The position numbers were made by a program, and so were the translations under genes. Shown one piece after another: positions 57,343 through 64,000 of a stretch of DNA of 64,000 nucleotides. Each line of letters starts with the position of its first letter. The first letter of the stretch is position 1. Origin of the DNA: the human T2T-CHM13v2.0 reference genome, Homo sapiens; NCBI RefSeq assembly GCF_009914755.1, contig NC_060941.1, one strand, 5' to 3'. The notes under the pieces were generated by a model. That model had not been told where the DNA came from. It saw only the letters and a program-made list of their open reading frames with translations, and did no database searches.

Positions 57343-57620
57343 TCATTGCTCTGGAATTAGAACTTGTGCTCCCCATTGTGGTAATAAATCTCTCCCCCCA
57401 CAATTTATAGGTACAGAAGTTATAATTGGTTGAAGAGTCCCAAGTTGTCCATTGGGCCCTTCGCAATGCAAAATATAACTACTTTGATATACTTCAGGGG
57501 CTTTACCAACTCCAACTATGTTAAATTGAGCGGGTTGAATTGGCCATGCAGATGGCCAGTGCTGTAGATAAATGATTGAAATGTCTGCTCCTGTATCTAA
57601 CAAACCTTTAAATTTCTTTC
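57343..57620 (-). pseudogene. HML-3 protease remnant
   Basis: LDTGADISII active site and a GRDLL motif. Confidence 0.88.
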
Positions 57621-57708
57621 TCTGAATAGTTATAGGATGTTTATCAGTAATTTGATTGACCCTATAAGCTGCTTTGCCTTGTTTATTTGTGCTTCCAAAT
57701 CCTCCTGT

Positions 57709-58440
57709 TCATTTAATTTCATTTTTCCCCATTTCCACATATGGCACAATCAGGAGCTGTGCTATATGCTCTCCTGGCTCTGCTTTCCAGGGAACAAAAG
57801 TAGATATAACAATTTGAATTTCCCCATTGTAATCTGAATCAATGACTCCTGTATGTACTTGCACTCCTTTTAAATTTAAACTAGATCTACCTAGAAGTAA
57901 TCCTGTCATCCCCACTGGCAACAAATGACTGGAGACAGCAACATTCTTTAACAGTCTCATTACAAAAAGAGAACCTGGTCCATATTGATTAATAGCTTGT
58001 TTAAATTCTTTGAGTAATTTAAAAGGAAAAGGCTCAAATGTAGCTATAATATTTCCCTGTTGATCTGGTGGGTGTATCCTAACAGAGAACTGCCAGGCCT
58101 CTAAATCACCCTCTCTTGTAGCTTGCTGAATTCCTGCCTGAATAGAACTGAGAGCAGTCGCTCGAGGTGCTGCTCGAACAGTCACTGGGGCAACTACTTT
58201 TCGCCCAGTGTCCTCCAGAAAAGAAAGATCTGGAGGGTCAGGCCACTCTTTTTCTTCAAAATAATGAGGGGGTGCAGAAGGGTAGGGACAAACCTCTCCC
58301 TCCTTTGCCACTTTAGATTTAGCTGGCAAACAAACCTGCTCTGTCACCTCTTCGGTTACTTCATCATACTTTCCTTCCTCCTCATTATCAGTGTGAAAAG
58401 GTTCCAAGGTGGAATGAACCAGGGCCCAAACTTGTCCCAT
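57709..58440 (-). CDS. HML-3 gag N-terminus fused in frame to dUTPase (243-aa ORF)
   Basis: MGQ start, PSAPP late-domain motif, AWQF and capsid start, then dUTPase motifs GRSS, GVIDSDYNGEI, IAQL. Confidence 0.7.
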   Translation of the reverse strand: MGQVWALVHSTLEPFHTDNEEEGKYDEVTEEVTEQVCLPAKSKVAKEGEVCPYPSAPPHYFEEKEWPDPPDLSFLEDTGRKVVAPVTVRAAPRATALSSIQAGIQQATREGDLEAWQFSVRIHPPDQQGNIIATFEPFPFKLLKEFKQAINQYGPGSLFVMRLLKNVAVSSHLLPVGMTGLLLGRSSLNLKGVQVHTGVIDSDYNGEIQIVISTFVPWKAEPGEHIAQLLIVPYVEMGKNEIK

Positions 58441-58569
58441 TGTTACCCTGATGCTTCCGAGCTCCCCTTCTTACTCACCACGGGGACTGCTTAAGAGTAC
58501 TCGGGTGTCCTCCAGCTTAGTTCCACATTCTCCGACTGTCACTCCAGTGACCCTTCGACCCAGGTTCCA

Positions 58570-58588
58570 GCCCCATGTATGGGCGCCA
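58570..58588 (-). other. Primer binding site, tRNA-Lys type
   Basis: TGGCGCCCATACATGGGGC, 2 nt after the 5' LTR, versus the tRNA-Lys(CUU) PBS TGGCGCCCAACGTGGGGC. Confidence 0.85.
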
Positions 58589-58590
58589 TT

Positions 58591-59091
58591 TGCTGAGACC
58601 AGCTCGGTCATGGAGACCCTAACCCAGTGGCACTAGAGGAATTAAAGACACACACACAGAAATATAGAGTGTGGAGTGGGAAATCAGGGGGCTGACAGCC
58701 TTCAGAGCTGAGAGCCTCGAACAGAGTTTTACCCACATATTTATTGACAGCAAGCCAGTGATAAACATTGTTTCTATAGATTATAGATTAACTAAAATGG
58801 GAAACAAAGGGATGGGCTGAAACAAAGGGATGGGCTCCCTGGCTAGTTATCTGCAGCAGGAACATGTCCTTAAGGCACAGATCGCTCATGCTATTGTTTG
58901 TGGCTTAGGAATGCCTTAAGCGGTTTTCTGCCCAGGGTGGGCCAGGTTTCCTTGCCCTCAGTCCAGTAAACCCACAACCTTCAGCATGAGCATCATGGCC
59001 ATCACGAACATGTCACAGTGCTGCAGAGATTTTGTTTATGGCCAGTTTTGGGGTCAGTTTATGGCCAGATTTGGGGGGCCTGTTCCCAACA
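58591..59091 (-). repeat. 5' LTR (MER9) of the HML-3 provirus
   Basis: Minus strand TGTTGGGAACAGGCCCC...GGTCTCAGCA; AATAAA intact; followed by the PBS. Confidence 0.95.
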
Positions 59092-59221
59092 CCTGAAATC
59101 AATCCCTTCAGATGATTTCTCTGTCCAGGGAAGAGAGAAGCTCACTACCCTAAGGCCTTATTGCATTCAACCTTGCCTTTTCAGTATATATAGCAGCTTC
59201 TAGAGCTATTTTTACTACCTG

Positions 59222-60242
<1,021 letters not shown>

Positions 60243-60466
60243 ACTTCTTAAGTCTAGTATTTAGTTGGGTAAAATAAGGCCTACCTCTATAAAAAGTCAA
60301 ATAGTAGAAAGCACTCTGTGATTAATGCCAAATTCAATAAGTGCTTGTGGAAGAAGGGCTCACTACAGGCCTGAATCAAAGATTTTATGGAGAAAAGACA
60401 GGCAAACATTTTCAAAGAGAGTCTGAATTCCTGTGTTCCAATCTGGACCAAATCCAAGGGTATTAA

Positions 60467-60700
<234 letters not shown>

Positions 60701-61170
60701 TAAAAGGGCAATTGCTAGAATACTGAGTAGCATACTAGAAGCCTCCCTTGAAATTTTCAGTATTGCTGAGGTAAGTCTTGACCTGTCTGGTCCGTGAGTG
60801 TTGATTCCTTCAATTTCTTTTGAGCATTACCAAAAAAAAAAAAAAATTCTAGCTAGATTTCTAAAATCTTGACTCTGGCTGAGGTTCCCAAACTCATCAC
60901 TATAAACCAACATATATTTCATTTGTTTGTTTGTTGTGTGTGTGTTTGTATGTGTGACTACTTCTGTGAGACCTGCAAGACTATCTCTTAGCTCTAGAGA
61001 ACAACTGTACTCTGAGAGTTAAATGCTTTCTCTTAAGTGTATGTGGATTTGGAAATACTTTTTCATTAGATACAATGCTAAGCATATTTTCAGTTTAAAG
61101 TGAATGATTAAAAATAGATCAAGGAAGACAAGCCACAGACTGGGAGAAAATATTAGCAGAAGACATATCT

Positions 61171-61540
<370 letters not shown>

Positions 61541-61891
61541 CACGTGCACACACACGCGGTGGGGGAGCTCTTTGTACTTTCCGCTCAATTTTCCTGTGCA
61601 CTTAAAACTTCTCTAAAAAATAAAATGTTTTTAAAAATGGACTAAGAAGAACTTGGATATTTCATTTTTAGTAATTGAAGAATGAGAAAGTATAGAGGAT
61701 TCTTTGGATGGCCAAAGTGCTTGCCAAAAGTGCCTTAGCTCCATCATGCCGTGTCTGAGAGTTGCTAGAAGTGTCCCCTGGAGAGGGCAAAATGGGGTCA
61801 CTGTCAGCATCCCAATCCTAATCACACAAAAAGGTTGGGAATCATTGAGAATATATGTGTAAAATAACTTTATATACCCTTAAGTATTCTA

Positions 61892-63495
61892 AGAGGAGAC
61901 TTCAAAAAGTGTGTGGAAAAATTGAATTAAAAGATAATAAAAATATAAACTTTATATCTCAACATAAGCTCTATCAGGCTGGGCGCCATGGCTCAGGCCT
62001 GTAATCCCAGCACTTTGGGAGGCTGAGGCAGAAGGATCGCTTGTGCCCACGAGTGCAAGACCAGCCTGGCCAACATGGTGGAACCCTGTCTCAAATACTA
62101 TCTTGGTGCAGAAGTAATTGTGGTTTTTGCCATTACTTTTTAAATGGCAAATAAATAAAAAGAGGCTCCATCAAGTTTAAGACACTTGTAAGTGATGATA
62201 CCAGCCATTTAGTCCATCCCTAAAGAACTGAGGGTCCTGGGAATTTAACCATTTCAATGCAGTATTTTTTGCATTATTAACTGACGAAAAACAGGTGTCC
62301 TTTAATGATTTTTTTAAGATTAGAAAATAAAAAGTCAGAAGGAGTTAAATCAGTACTGTAAGGTGGATGCCTGATGATTTCTCATTGAAACTCTCACAAA
62401 ATTGTTCTTGTTTTGTTAGTGGAGATGGGTGTTGCTATTTTGTCCAGGCTGGCACAAACTCATAGTTCTTCTACCTTAGCCTCCTGAGTAGCTGGGACTA
62501 CAGGTGTGTGCCACTGTGCCCAGCTTGCCCTTGTTTGATGAGAAGAATGAGCAAGAGCATTGTTATGGTGGAGAAGGACTCTCTGGTGAAGCTTTCCCAG
62601 ATGTTTTTTTGCTAAAGCTTTAGCTAGTGTTTCTCAGAACACTCTTATAGTAAACAGATGTTATTGTTCTTTGGTCTTCCAGAAAGTTAACAAGCAAAAT
62701 GCCTTGAGCATCCCAAAAACTGTTGCCATGACCTTTGCTCTTGATCAGTCTGCTTTTGCTTTGACAGGACCAATTCCACATCTTGGTAACCAACCATTGC
62801 TTTGATTGTGCTTTGTCTTCAGGATCATACTGGTAAAGCCATGTTTCCTCTCCTGGTACAATTCTTGGAAGAAATGCTTCGGGATCTTCATCCCACTGTT
62901 TAAAATTTCCATTTGAAGCTCTGTTCTTGTCTGCGTCTGATCTGGGTGCAATGGTTTTGGCACCCATTGACTGGAAATTTTTTCAACTTTAATTTTTCAG
63001 TCAGAATTGTGTAAGCAGAGCCAACTGAGATGTCTATGTGTTGGCTATTGCTTCTGCTGTTAATTTTTAGTCCTGTTCAATAAGGGCATGAGCAAGATGA
63101 TTTTTTTCTTGCAAATTGGTGTGGATAGTCTGCACCATGGGCTTTATCTTCAACATCATTTCATCCTTTCTTAAAATGAATTATCCATTTGTAAACTGCT
63201 GATTTCTTTGGAGCATTGTCCCCATAAACACTTCATAAAACACCAGTGATTTCACCATTCTTCCCGCCAAGCTTCACCATAAATTTAATGTTTTTGCTTC
63301 AATTTTAGCAGAATTCATGTTGCTCTAATAGGGGCTCTTTTCAAACTGATGTCTTATCCTTTTTAGTTCTTCAAGCTAGATCTTGTTCAGACATAACAAG
63401 TTAACGACAAGTTTATTTTGGTGCAAAAAAAATTGAAATCCATGCATTTTTTTTCATAATACACATTTTCCATGAACTTTTTGAAGACCCCCTTG
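61892..63495 (-). mobile_element. HSMAR2 mariner, near full length, with nested Alu/MADE1 pieces
   Basis: TIRs AGAGGAGACTTCAAAAAG... / ...CTTTTTGAAGACCCCCTTG with TA TSDs; transposase RIVPGEETWLYQYDPE. Confidence 0.88.
62103..62151. mobile_element. Partial MADE1 (Hsmar1-derived MITE)
   Basis: TTGGTGCAGAAGTAATTGTGGTTTTTGCCATTACTTTT..AATGGCAAA. Confidence 0.8.
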
Positions 63496-63659
63496 TAGAA
63501 AGTATATGTGACTTATTACTATTTCTGTCCTTGGGTTGGAAAGATCACCCAATACTAAAACAGAAAGACTATAGATGGCTTTTAGTCTAAAATAACAAAT
63601 ATGTGGTAACTGAGGAGTGGCATATGGTTTCTTTCTTTTTTTCCTCTTTTGAGTTGCAG

Positions 63660-63708
63660 ATTCAGAATGTTCTTCAAGAATTCTTTCAAAATCCAGATTT
63701 CAAGCTTG
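63660..63708 (+). CDS. EFCAB5: EFCAB5 coding exon 6 (IQNVLQEFFQNPDFKL+G)
   Basis: Long pyrimidine tract and TTGCAG| acceptor, 49 nt, donor TTG|GTAAGT; in frame with exon 5. Confidence 0.93.
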
Positions 63709-64000
63709 GTAAGTCTGCCTATTACTCTGATATTTTTATTTTTATTTCTTTTTTGGGTGGGGGACACTGAATTCAGATGAAGAGTCAACATGAGACAGAT
63801 GTTATTCAAAACTCTTGCAGGGGCAATTGGGCTCTTCCATGCTGTCCAGATACAGAATGTATACAAGCAGAAAAGCAATCTGTGATTCTCAATCCTTTTA
63901 GTCTGGTGTCCATTTTATTACCAGTACTCTGCAATACTCTTTTATTATCCTATGACATTCCTAGAAAATATTTCTTACATACATAGAATTTTAAAAGAAA

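Larger units (their letters stand above)
52731..59091 (-). mobile_element. HERV-K(HML-3)/HERVK9 provirus with MER9 LTRs, internally deleted and defective
   Basis: Two ~500-bp direct repeats with TG...CA ends, Lys-type PBS, PPT, gag/pro/pol/env remnants in order; 6-bp TSD CATGAA (52725-52730) / CCTGAA (59092-59097). Confidence 0.95.

Noticed and set aside
56796-57410. 204-aa plus-strand ORF
   Set aside because: Antisense shadow of HML-3 pro/pol
60283-60372. Possible Y RNA pseudogene
   Set aside because: Lacks convincing Y RNA stem sequences

Overview
Primate, almost certainly human, genomic DNA. It holds the first six coding exons of EFCAB5 on the + strand (ATG at 9125; exons 9125-9166, 9568-9630, 10895-10979, 36120-36696, 60499-60655, 63660-63708). 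All have GT-AG boundaries and splice into one open frame, [25 protein letters not shown]...PDFKL. The introns are dominated by transposable elements: about 40 Alus, L1/L2 fragments, Tigger1, Tigger2a, an HSMAR2 mariner, ERVL remnants, a complete THE1B element with a 5-bp TSD, a MER57 solo LTR, an NME4 processed pseudogene, and an antisense HERV-K(HML-3)/MER9 provirus. The provirus has both LTRs, a PBS, a PPT, an in-frame gag-dUTPase deletion fusion ORF and an AluYe-type insertion. The least explained signal is a ~210-nt CpG-enriched, self-complementary segment at 476-690 that starts with a perfect Pol III A-box. Repeat subfamily names come from recalled consensus motifs, not a database search, and boundaries of old repeats are approximate. 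Most ORFs in the supplied track are Alu/L1 artefacts.
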